Below are positions 13,353 through 25,066 of a stretch of DNA of 64,000 bases, in pieces. The DNA comes from Lingula anatina. Lineage: Eukaryota > Animalia > Brachiopoda. A program made the position numbers and the translations under genes. Each line of letters begins with the position of its first letter. The stretch's first letter is position 1. Location of the stretch: NCBI GenBank assembly GCA_051362555.1, contig CM120643.1, positions 29,578,848 through 29,642,847 of the forward strand. The letters run 5' to 3'. The notes beneath the pieces are model-generated. The model saw only the letters and a list, made by a program, of their open reading frames with translations, did not search any database and was not told the origin of the DNA.

Positions 13353-16346
13353 AGTGTACTACTACTACTACTACGCCCACTTACCGGTATCACACCGTGT
13401 TCCACTGTAACCGCTTGTACAGGTGCACACATTGGGGGCGGTACAAGAGCCATGGACACACCCACGACTACAGATTGCTTGTATAGAACAGAAATGTATT
13501 CTAGTCAAGGAAAATGAACCAGGATTATGTCCAACTTAGCATTTATTGAAATTTTATTTTATTAAATTGGAACAAAATAAATAAATAGATAAATAAATAA
13601 ATTGAAATAAATGAAAAAACATTGTTTGCATTCCATATGTAAGTCACTTACGTGTGTTGCAGGTTGTTCCCGTTTGTTGCCAGCCCGAGCAGCAGACTTG
13701 AGTCTGGTAATATTGTGTTTGGTACACTGGCCGGGAGTAATAAGCTGTAATGGGTCTGAAAATGTCAAATTGTACGGGATGTAATTTCCCCCACAGATAT
13801 TTAATAAGTGAAAAATATTGTAAATTTCAGTAATTTCCCCTTTATCACCATCTCCAGAACTGCTGAGACAATTAAGATCTACACACTCTTTTTCGTAATT
13901 CCTATCATTTACAGGCACAGTTATAGTTCACCGGTCACCATCCCCATTACGAAAGTAATAAAACGTTTAGAAACTCCTTTTTATAGGTCACTCACACTCT
14001 CTTATCATTATGACAGCGTAGAAAGTTTGTACAAGCACCAATAGTTTGAATACGGCAACATTTTTTAGAATAATGGGACTTTTCTGTAATAATAACTGGG
14101 CATATAATATCTGTACAGATGGACTTGAATTTAGAACATAGACATATATCATTTGCAAAGTATGTGCCTTATGGCTAACAGATGATTTTGATGTGAAATT
14201 CAGTATCCGGGAAAATTACCTCATTGACACCCGATGCATTTGGGGCTGGATCTGCACATCGCAACTAACGCAATTGACGGTATCTACGACCGCAATTCAG
14301 CAGACGGTTTATGCTTTTATAAACACTTTGTTAATGTTTAACCAGGCACAAAGGAAACTTATTCTAAGAAGGGAACAACCCTTGAGTGAATACAAACAGC
14401 GATCAGGGGTTACCTCGTACCCTTTATCTTGCACTTATTTCTGCCGTGATTGATAAAACTTGGGAACCCCCACCTACTCTGAGCCCTGTGTGAACATAAA
14501 TATATCAAACACCAACGCCATTGAATTTACCATTCATATAAATTGATGAAATAGAAAGAGAAAGGTAAATCTACCAGATTGGCTCCAAAGACTATAGGAC
14601 AGAACCTTGTGGTTATGCGGCATACTTTACACTTGTTTGCTGCATCTAGTGGCATTATTTGGAAACCTCATGACTTCTTCTTTATTTGCCACGTGAGCTG
14701 ATCATTAAGCTAATAAAAGGACTGTAGTATAAACAAAAGGACTCTGCCTACCGCCTACTTGAACTACACCCTGATTAATCATAGAAGTAGAGCTTCTATG
14801 GATTAATATATTGCAATCTTCGATGGGAGTTATAATCGTAGAAAAAAGATAAATAAGCAAAGAATTGTTAATATGTTGAATTACGAAAAAAAGAAATTGT
14901 TATAAATTGAAGTTAGAAGAACATTTTTATTTTAATCACTTAAGTCTAGATTAGAAAGAAAAGACAAAAAGAAGAAAAAGAGGGATCTAGAAGCCCCCCA
15001 TCCTCTACCTGTATCTGGTACACCGCTTCCACCCTCCAAACCCGCACTTAGTGGAATACCTTTGGTACTGCTGTCGAGACGCTGAGGTGTAGATCATAAC
15101 TGATCTACTTCTTTTTTCTGTGCAAACATGTCTGTAAAATGTCACAACAAATAGTCATACATTTATTCACACTTTAAGTATAACACCACGTACCTATACC
15201 GCGTACAACGGCTCCAACCTAGAAAGCCACAACTAGTTGTGTATCGTTGATATTGCTGTCTGCTCGCTTGTTGATAAACCATCACCGATCTACTTTGCTG
15301 TTGAGTACACACGTGTGGTCTAAAATAGGATATATTTTTGCATTGATAAATACGGAATGGAGTTCATGCATTAATCAATTCGGGACAAAGTTCATACATT
15401 AATTTATACGGGGCAAAATTCATGCATTAATAAATTCAGGACAGATATCATGCATTTGTTATACAGGACAGAGCTCATGCATTAATGGACACGGGACAAA
15501 GTTCATGCATTAAAATAAACAGGTCAGATTTCATGCATTAATTATTACAGGACAGTTAATTCATAAGAAATAAGGATAAATTTCATGTTTTAGTTGATAC
15601 AAGGCAGAGTTCATGCATAAATTAATATGGGGCAGAGTGCATGCATTAATTGATACTCGAATCAAATTAAAGAAATTAAGAAATGGGGCAGAGTTCATGC
15701 ATTAATTGATTCTAGGCAAAGCATGCCTTAGAAGATACGAGGCAATTTTTTTTTTTTGCATTAATTGATACTAGGCATAGTTCATGCGTTAGAAGAGACG
15801 AGGCAAATTTCTTGCATTAATTGACACAGGGCAGAGTTCACTCATTCTAAAAAAATTAATATAAGAGAATTTATACATTAAACAATATTGATTAATAGTC
15901 ATTTGGAAAGTATCGTCACTTCGGGGGCACCCTAAGTTTACTGTTAATTCATCTGTACATAATCAGTACCCCTCCGCTATCTCCAGTTACAGGTAACACA
16001 GGGTGCCCCGGAAGTTGTGATCAGAGACAGATCCAGAGGGGAGGGGGGGGGGGAACGTGTCCCATAAAGAATAAGCGTTTATTTTTATTATTATTATTTT
16101 TGGCAGGTAAATAGAAATATGTATTCTATCCTTGATCTCCATCTCTCCGATGTACCCGTATCCTATACCAAGTCTAGATCCACCAGTATTGAGATCCACA
16201 ATGATTTCACACTAGTATGACTAAATAATTACTTTAATTAAATGGAAAGAAAGCGAAAACAAGTCTACGTACCCTGTCAAAGTGTGGACTTCGCCCAGTT
16301 GCTGAAGCAGAATAACCAACAACACTCCCCAACTGGTCGCAGCCAT
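9..16346 (-). CDS. Gene A: large secreted/surface protein with SP, EMI, EGF, 7x cbEGF, 2x CCP, EGF, unassigned region, coiled-coil/Cys-rich segment, furin sites and Ig (EGFL7/MEGF6-like N-terminus); 3' end outside window
   Basis: Phase-consistent GT-AG exons: 16273-16346 ([25 protein letters not shown], signal-peptide-like); 15194-15319 and/or 15009-15131 (EMI N-half); 13652-13755 ([19 protein letters not shown]-half); 13385-13477 (EGF); cbEGF exons 12482-12598, 9810-9929, 9386-9508, 9017-9139, 8620-8742, 8314-8436, 7960-8082 (DINEC/DIDEC-type starts); CCP exons 7330-7503, 6725-6934; then 3626-4998, 3117-3240, 9-2874. The last exon needs a +1 shift at 1807-1813. Confidence 0.85.
1805..2874 (-). 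CDS. Gene A, large exon upstream of the frameshift: beta-rich region, heptad coiled coil, first half of Cys-rich segment
   Basis: Acceptor ttcag|GC at 2874, in phase with exon 3117-3240; corresponds to ORF 1805..2848, which ends GGFF* in the T7 run. Confidence 0.85.
3626..4998 (-). CDS. Gene A 1373 bp exon: EGF followed by about 420 aa of unassigned, probably beta-rich extracellular sequence
   Basis: ORF 3452..5032; [15 protein letters not shown]...[16 protein letters not shown]; acceptor at 4999-5000, donor AAG|GTTGG at 3626/3625. Confidence 0.85.
5272..6587 (+). mobile_element. Degenerate Tc1/mariner (DD34E-type) DNA transposon in a gene A intron
   Basis: TIRs CACTGATGCTCATAAGTTAAGCAACAC / GTGTTGCCTAACTTATGAGCATCAGTG flanked by TA. 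Broken transposase fragments: HTH-like [34 protein letters not shown] (resembles WPxxSPDLNPIE) and EEWNRLS...GRHTRY. Confidence 0.92.
5578..6225 (+). pseudogene. Tc1 transposase remnant (frameshifts, stop codon, internal deletion)
   Basis: ORF fragments 5385..5720, 5599..6042 and 6046..6288 carry Tc1 motifs, split by a frameshift and a TAG; too short for a full transposase. Confidence 0.8.
10154..12262. mobile_element. Non-autonomous Ginger1-like foldback element (2.1 kb)
   Basis: Ends TGTAACATGAAAATCTGACTCCC ... GGGAGTCAGATTTTCATGGTACA; CCGG duplicated at 10150-10153 and 12263-12266; long imperfect inverted arms built of ATGAAAATCTGACTCCC and about 190 bp subrepeats; no transposase seen. 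TGT..ACA ends with a CCGG TSD are characteristic of Ginger1. Confidence 0.75.
12771..13374. repeat. Compound (CTA)n microsatellite punctuated by CAGTGTA
   Basis: Seen directly; it is the source of the spurious poly-Y/L/T ORFs at 12795-13517. Confidence 0.97.
15335..15880. repeat. Degenerate minisatellite of about 28-30 bp (core AGTTCATGCATTAAT) in intron 1 of gene A
   Basis: Repeated gagttcatgcattaattgata..gggca units seen directly. Confidence 0.85.
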
Positions 16347-17091
16347 TTTCACGGTTTACCTCTGTGTATCGTCTGCAACACATTAAATGTCGGGACTACT
16401 TTTCTGACATGTATCTCTAATCTATTATTACTTACACTCAAGGCCGGCGGTTAAAAGCCCTTAAATGACATCATCATGAATTTATAAGTTAGTAATTTGT
16501 ATACTCTTGATACAATGTTTATTCACTACGAGGACTTATCAGTTACCTGAGGATATGTAAACTGTTATCATCGGCCTAAAATCCGGGATAATAAATTTGA
16601 GTGGCATGTGCAAGCAGGTGCGTCAAGAGTTACACTTCATCAACACTCCTCTATGTCTGCCTTTACGATGGCGCTTGGCAAGGTCCGGGTTCGCATACCA
16701 ATGTGCTGCCGCATGAAACCTTGTCCCTGGAGGTTATTCACAAAATATCCCGCCCTTTGTATTATTATTGGCATCAACACAATGAACAATACTGATAACG
16801 GAACTCCGCCTGTTTGGGCATTTCTTGGAAGTGAGATAGGTAGAAATTTTCCCAAACTTTCATCTTGTAACATTAATTCTAGTATGAAAGCGATACGTAC
16901 TATGAAACACCATAGTTTTAAGCCCTAGTCAGCTGATAAGAATGTCTGTCACACCTAATAACGAAGTTTGCCAAGCAGTATAGCGAGATAATAATAACAC
17001 GTAAACAGCTTCAATCAGTTCAGCTGTACCTATGTGTTATTAACGCCGGCGTATTACTCCGCGGTAGTTTAACTTTCATGTTCATTTCATC
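16347..17091. promoter_or_regulatory. Putative bidirectional promoter region between genes A and B
   Basis: Divergent ATGs of two signal-peptide exons at 16346 (-) and 17092 (+), 745 bp apart. No specific core promoter motif was identified. Confidence 0.55.
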
Positions 17092-20000
17092 ATGGCGACC
17101 GCGGAGATACTTATTCTTTTTTTCCTTAATATTGTTCGCGTAGAGGCGCTGTATTTTTATTCCAATACAACACACGTTTGTAACTTCACCGTTGTGGATA
17201 CCCAGTTATTCATAGAAGGCTGCAGGGAAGATGCTGCCTTTAATAGACTTGATACTTCAACAAATTACGAGGAGCTTCTTGTACAGCAGTGCACAAGTTT
17301 ACAAAGCAACGACGCTGTGTCTAAATGCTATGGTGGCGTGACAAACGCTGGTTTAAGGTACAGCGTGGACATTCGAAATGGTCGCATTAAAGTGACGGAC
17401 ACACAGACGCAGCAGAGTGGCGTTATTGACATTAACAGACCGGACTACGGTCACTCACCCCCGGACATATCGGTGGACTTTGAAAGAGGGTACGTGAGTT
17501 ATCATGGTTATATTGTACATAATAGCCAACGAAACAACTGGAAAATCAGCTGCTGATAATGTCCATCTGGAGTGAACGTGTAACCATTGCTAATACGGCT
17601 TACGACAGCAGACCACCCCTTCAAATAATCCTGGATCCGCCCCTGCCCCCCCCCCCCCCTTCCTGCCGCAATGAAATAATTTGCAAGCTATGGTATAAGT
17701 AAGGAATCTTAGCATTAATTTTTCAGGTCTTACATCAGTCTGATTTCTTCTTCTAGTAAGGTCTGAATGTGGACTTAGTTTTCGTTGCCTCCCCCCTGCC
17801 TCGTGTACAAAGCAGAACGCCCTGTAGAACGCTGTACCAGTTGTTTTGTTTATTGATAAATTGTCCAATTGGTCTGAAAAAAGTAAATGTATGAATTAAA
17901 GTTATAATTTTTAGCTAAAAATGAATCAGTTATTTTAAGAAATTGTTTTTCAAAATAAATGTTATTTTTTAATTATCTTAACAATTAAGTAGAATATGAA
18001 TAGATGGATGAATGAATGAATGGATGAAATGGTTGAATGAATGCACGAACAAATGTATAAGAAAGGAAATTCATAAATTTAAAACTTAAAATGAATCAGA
18101 TATTTAAATAAATGGTTTTCCTTATCTAAACAATTAAGTAGAAAATGAATAGATGGATGAATGAATGAATGAATGAAATATTGAATGGATGAATGGATTG
18201 ATGAATGGTTGAATGAATGCATGAACAAATGTATAAAAAAGGAAATTCAGAATTTTAAAATTAAGGAAATGAAGAGACGCATCTGAAAATAAAATTGAAT
18301 AAATAATTACATTTAAAATATTAATCTATAGCGAGGACAATAATATCTGTCATTATTCCTTATGACAGCGTTGATCACTAAATGTACCCTTATGATATAA
18401 TATTGTTTATTCGTTATCTTTTTGAAACTCATTAATTTATATTTTATCTTAAAGGTACTTATTTTGGTCCCAAAGAGGATCCTCCCCGGCTATAGTCAGA
18501 TCCTCCCTGTCAGGACGAGACAGACGTGACATCATCAATGACGTCATCAACCCGACAGGGGTCGCTGTTCTTCAAGACGAGCAGAAGTTGGTCTGGAGTG
18601 ACAGTGCCACTTGGGTGATCAAAAAGTGCTCTTATGATGGAAACAGTTGCTCTGAAATCCTCAAGAAACCCGGGAGCTTCTTTTATGGCATAGCTGTATC
18701 GAGTGACGTCATCATAGCTGCTGACATTGAAAATGACGTCATACATTTTATCAATAGAACCAGCAATACGGTTGGTTCATTTTCCACAGTCGGGGCCCCG
18801 ATTATTTTGGGGAAGTACGACCGAGAAAACGGTAAGAAAGTGTGGAGTGCACGGCACTGGAATAAATGAAGTCGTGAAAATTTATTTTCTTAAATTGGAT
18901 AAGCCATTTTATTCAAATTGATCTATCTACATGTATTTTTCTCACTAATTTATTTATTAATTTATTTGTTTATTTCGCCCAATACCTAAAAACGAAAAGC
19001 ACAGTATTTTTTTCTACAGAGAAAGACAAATGTAATGGTTTTAGATATACAATAAATTGGATCAATTTTTTTTTATTCAAGCCACCAAGGCAACTGTTTG
19101 TCAGACCAATACTTCTTGTAGTGGCGTCTGCATTGTGTCGTCTGCCACTGAGGAATGTACCTGCAGGGCGGGGCTGTATCTCAACGATACCCGGTGTGCA
19201 GGAGGTGAGAGAAAATATGTCTTTCAACAAATGAAGAAAAAAAAGGAACAAAAAGACAACAGATAAAATAAAATATACTCTAGCGGATATGGTAAAAATT
19301 CTGGAGGTCAATACGGTTATGAATTGTAGATGCCAATTTTTTAAAAGTGATGATTATTTTGAACGAGAAATATAAAATATTGACTTATGCACATTTAGAC
19401 ATCTTTACACTTCCTCTGGGTTAACAGAGTGAAACTATACTAGCACAACTAAATTAGCTAAATTCTAACAGAATAACATATAATCATTGCCTTGTTCCAG
19501 GTGACGAGCCACTGCTGATATTTTCTGACACAGACTTGGGCAAGCTGTACAAGATGTCGACAGCAACTCCATCTGCATTCAGTGGTTAGTTTATTTCATT
19601 TACCCATTTCAGTGATAGAATAATTGAAATCTATCATAATTTAATAGTTTATGTCATTAGCAAACAATCAAAATTTAATCCATAATGTTCATATGTATTA
19701 TCAAAAAGTGACAATCAAAGCATGACACATACATGTATCTCCGATCTAGTAATTGTCAATATTTTATCATTTTATCTTTTGGTGTCCAAATATACCAGGC
19801 AGACTAAAATGAAACGGCGTATATTTTATCATTCTTTTCGTTTAATCAGTTGATTTTTTATCTTTTTTTATCATCTTTACCAGAGCTACCAGTGAACGTA
19901 TCTAATGGGGTGCTAGCATTGGAAAGTTACGGTGGCTACATCTACTGGAGCAATGTGGAACAGAGCGGTATCTACAGGGTTCAATACCCCGGGGACAGTG

Positions 20001-23000
20001 AACCAGAACTCATAGTTAACTCCACAGTTAATCCAGGTTGATGGGACATTCATATTTTATATGTTAAACATTGAGAAATCATAATCAGCCATAGGTTGTG
20101 TTCCACAAATAATCGCCACTAATTATTGATTCTTTTCTTCAATGTTATGTATCCATTTAATATTTTGGTTTCTTTATTTTTGAAATATCTGTTTTACTTG
20201 TTTATTATTTTTTTCTTTTATTGTTATTTGACTTTCTATCATATTTATTTATTTATTTGTCTTATGTTTAACACTCACACTCCCCGCCGATATATTGTTT
20301 AGGTTTATAACAACAAGGCCTACCACTTCCCATATGGCAAATGGCTGAATAAGTCAGACAGAGCCAGTCGAAGGAAACATTTTGTCTACACACTTCCTGG
20401 CTAATTGTAAAGTTAAAGGGATAACAACTCTTCGTGTGAGATCTATATTTCACAATAAAAACATTGTAAACAACTGTAGAAATATAATTTATTCTATTTC
20501 TCCACAAACAAATGGCAGTTAAAGCAATTATTCTGAAATCTGTGCTTGCCATCGGACCACGTGACCTCCATAGATGGGTAATGGGTATACTATTAAAAAA
20601 AAACTTTCTAGAAAGAAAAAACAGGGACTAAATTTGAATGCAGTATGGATTCATTAACCACTGGTTAGTATGGGAAAATTGTTGTTTATCCTAGGAAAAT
20701 TCATTTTTTTTGTCCACAATGAAAAATTGTTATCCCTTTAAGACAATTAATCCTAATTGTTACTTGTGATTTGTTTCTAGACGGTCTGGCTATCGACTGG
20801 ATGTCCGGGAACCTGTTGTGGACTGACCCCTGGTTAAAGAGGATAGAGGTTAGTCGGCTGGACGGCTCTTCAAAGAGGGCTCTGATATATGACGATATTG
20901 ACCTGCCCAGAGCCATCGCTGTGGAGCCGAGAAGTGGGTAAGTGTGACCAGGTCGACTTGAAGTTGGTAAATACAGTAAATCACACACACACCCGCCCAG
21001 CGACAGACAGGAATATAACCTCTACTGTCGCTAGCTCGACTACCACCTCTACTGTCGCTAGTCGACTACCACCTCTACTGTCGCTAGCCGGCTACCATTC
21101 CTGTCACACCACCAACACTCTTCCCCTTCATGCCACTCACCAAACCTGGCAAATTTATTATTCGAGAAGTTGGACGTAAAATCACTCTACCACTTTGAAG
21201 TATTCTTCTGAGTTGATTTAAACAGTTCAACTTTGTCCGATGATCCCACTTCAGACCTTATTGTTGTATAATGGTGTATCATATCAACAAAAGCAATGTT
21301 ATCTTGAACTCATTTAACACGTTATACGCACACTGATGCAGTTTATGGTATAGCAGCCATTTTACAGACAAATTAAAATCATGTTTACACTACTTGATAC
21401 TGTATGTTGTGGTGAACTGATATAATAATAATAATAATAATAATAATAACTTTACACGCAGGTATATGTTTTGGACGGACTGGTCCAAGCCGGCCAAGAT
21501 AGAGCGTGCCGCAGTGGACGGCACGGACAGACTGGTCATCATCAACACGGACATAGTATGGCCGAACGCACTGACCATAGACTATGAGACCCAGAGGCTG
21601 TACTGGGCGGACGCCTGGCTCCGGAAGATCGAGGTGTGTAACTACGATGGTTTGGAGAGGAGATTAGTCGTATCAGCCAGGTAAGAACTACTCTTGGTTA
21701 AATAAAATAAAATATGTTTAGAGTGTTTTAGAAAATTACTGACCACAACAAATTCCACTGTGAAGCATTTCGATCAAATCTATGTGTTCAGATAATGTGG
21801 GTCGATGTTTACTTTTTTATCAACTACATATATATTAATTGACGTTGTAATAGCTATCTTTTCTTCCCTATTTCATATTTTCATATTTTTTTTTATATTT
21901 TAATATCGGTTTACATGTATCAGTGATTGATATCTTAATATTAAATTTAATATTAAAGTATTAACTCCATGCCACACTAGATATGTAGGTCATCCATTCG
22001 GCTTGGTGACCCACGGCGGCCGACTGTGGTGGACGGATTGGTATTCGAGGTCAATTGGTTCATCCAACATGGCCGCCATAGATGATGGCTTCCTGGAACT
22101 TGGACCAGTTGGGCTCAAACGACCGTCAGGGGTCGCCGTATTGAAGACAGGACCAAAAGGTCCAGGTAAACAAAATTCTGAGAGACTGTTTGATGTATTT
22201 AATGTAGACGTAAAATATTAAAAAATTGTTTAGTTATTCTGCATGGTAATTTTTAAGAAATATAATTTTGAATTGGAGTCGCAATGAAAGGACAGATCGT
22301 ATTTATCTACGTCGCTATAAAGCAAAAATATATAAATATAATTTGGTGTTTCAATAAATAAGTACATTTTCAGGTTTTTGCATTATTTTATTTTTATTAA
22401 TATTTTACTCTCCTCTACTGTTCTTTTATGATTTCAGTATAATTCAAATATATTCCACTATCATAATTTTCTAGGTAGCAACGCGTGCTCGGTAAATAAC
22501 GGTGGCTGCAGCAATCTGTGCCTGCCATTACCGACTGGAATGGCGTGTCAATGTCCAGAGGGGAAAGGGCTTAAAGCAGACGGCAGGACCTGTGAAGGGG
22601 GTGCGTTGTATTTAATAATAGATCCGTTTTTCTTGGGAAATATTTGTTAAATTCACCCATTATGATAAACAAATATTTTGCTTATTTTACTACAACAAAT
22701 ATCAAGGTCTATAAGTGTTCGTGTTATCGTCATTTAAGCCATGCTTCAGGATTCTTCCATTAGCGGTAAACTTTATCTTTTACCGGTACAAAGTTGCCAG
22801 ATGTCCAGATGTGACCCTGACTGACCAATTGACCCTGGTAAGGCACTGCAGCCCCTACGAGAACTCTGTCTGTTCTTTCCAATGTAACACGGGGTATATT
22901 CTGACAGGGCAGGCTGATATCACCTGCTTGGAGAGCGAAGCTTGGTCAGATACCCAGCCAACATGTGAAAGTAAGTCTCTTTGTAATACTGAAGCATATC

Positions 23001-25018
23001 TAAGGAAATAAATCGATGTTTTTAGAGAGACAGATTAAAAGAAAAGACAGTATATCCAGAACATTCTGCGGTTGTCCATGTGCAGTCAGTTTTGAAAAAA
23101 GTTAAAAGTCAAAAGAGGAATGCCTAAAATTCAATATATGAATAGTGAATAAAGCAGTAACAATTCATATATTCATAAAACAAGTATCAATAAAATTATT
23201 CATAAAATGCAATCTATTCATAGTCGTAAAATGCCCAGTGATGTCACTACCTGACCACGTGTCCAGTAACTGTGATGTTGATAGCAGGAATTACGGTACC
23301 ACGTGTCAGCTGTCATGTGATACTGGGTATCGCCCCACTGTTGCCGTGACAACCACTTGTTTAGCCAATGGAACCTGGGATGCATCTCTCTCATGCGAAG
23401 GTGAGCTATATAAGTTTGATAAAGTGAAACCTACTTAAGTCATTCTTTATTATTCCTTATCATTCCAGTGAAAATCGTGTCAACCCTTGAACATGTATAG
23501 AGGCCTATAAAACTTTACTGATCTTTTTTTTATTTTTTTTTTATGTCATGTCCATGATGACAATTGTGCCTAGTATAAGTCAACGCATATTCCCTGTATT
23601 AAATTACTCATCGTTAATCACGGAATTCTTAAATCACGTCTGGCAAAACACTTTCTATTAACTATTTTCATATACTTTAGTGTTAATATTCTTTATTTTA
23701 ATTTCAGTTGTTCAATGTCCACCACTCAGTCCACCTGAGAATGGCACCTTGACTCCGACCCTCTGCACTAACTACACAGTTTTCAATGACGTATGCAGTT
23801 TAAGCTGTCCTTCGGGATACGTGGTGTCTGGGCAGACGACGGTTTCGTGTTTGGCGTCTGCGCAGTGGAACGCAGACTTGGGGACTTGCAAAGGTACTTG
23901 ATACAAATAAAAATTGAATAAAAAGTGAGTCTTATATTACTTTACTGGTAATCAATAATGTTATTTCATTTTTTAAAACTGTGTCATTTTTAATAGACAT
24001 TGGAGATTATGATATTTAATCTAACGGAACAGTTCAGCTTAATTATCCCAGCTTCTGTTCAGCTGGTTAAGTATATATCTTAAAATACAGATAATATCCA
24101 AGTGACATTGAAATTATACACCCCTGCCACCGAGCCCTAGATGCCCTTCTTACACGCTCCACGGATATCAATAACGTCACTTCCCTTCCGAGAAAACGAT
24201 CAAAAACTGCATGACAAAAGAAGTTTATTTTTGGAGGAAATTAACAGGAAAGTAATTTCGACAAACACGACTACTGTCTAGGGCCCTGTCAGAAATGTCA
24301 CACTATTGAAGAAAAGAACAGGATGCAAAGCCGTCAGCCCAATTAAACCATTTCAAAATGTTTGCAGTCAAAGAGAAATATTCCCAGTCTCCACTTGCGG
24401 ATACGGAATTTTAAGAAATGGGAATTTCCTTCGACAACTTCTTCAAAGCGAACAAAACGTTATATTGTACTAAAAGAACCCCGTTGAATAATGCCAGTGA
24501 ACATTTCAATAAATGTAAAGTCACGTTTTAAAACTAAGACAACAGGATATAAAACAGTCACTGTAATTAAGTCGTTTCATTTGTCTGCACACATCTAAAA
24601 AATTCCTCAGCCTTTATGTAAGCGATGAGTAAATCAAATTCTGTTCGTCATGATGTGTTTGCACTTGCGGATCCGGGATATGAAAACATGGTTATTTCCC
24701 TGAACCCGCTCCCATCTCCCACAAACTAACCAAGGATAATACTGCCCCTGTCTTTGTTTAAAGAACTCGTAAATATTACATTACAAGCACATTTGGCACA
24801 ATATCTACGATTCCGTACAGCACAGTACGCTGATGAACAATATTGATAAGTGACAAAGGCACTATAATGTATGCTTGCCCCTAAATTTAACCACGTCAGG
24901 TTTTACGCTAGAAGCAGGGAAGACCCCAACAATCCTTTTTTTTCTTATTTTGTAAATGCCCAGCACCTCAACTAATATTTACTTCCAACACGCCTAAATA
25001 GAGTTCCATAGGCGTCAT

Positions 25019-25066
<48 letters not shown>

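Noticed and set aside
12795-13517. Long poly-Tyr/Leu/Thr ORFs
   Set aside because: Translation of a (CTA)n microsatellite lying antisense in a gene A intron.
14217-14300. TSP1-like fragment on the minus strand ([17 protein letters not shown])
   Set aside because: In-frame stop, no WxxW motif and no convincing acceptor; gene A splices in phase without it.
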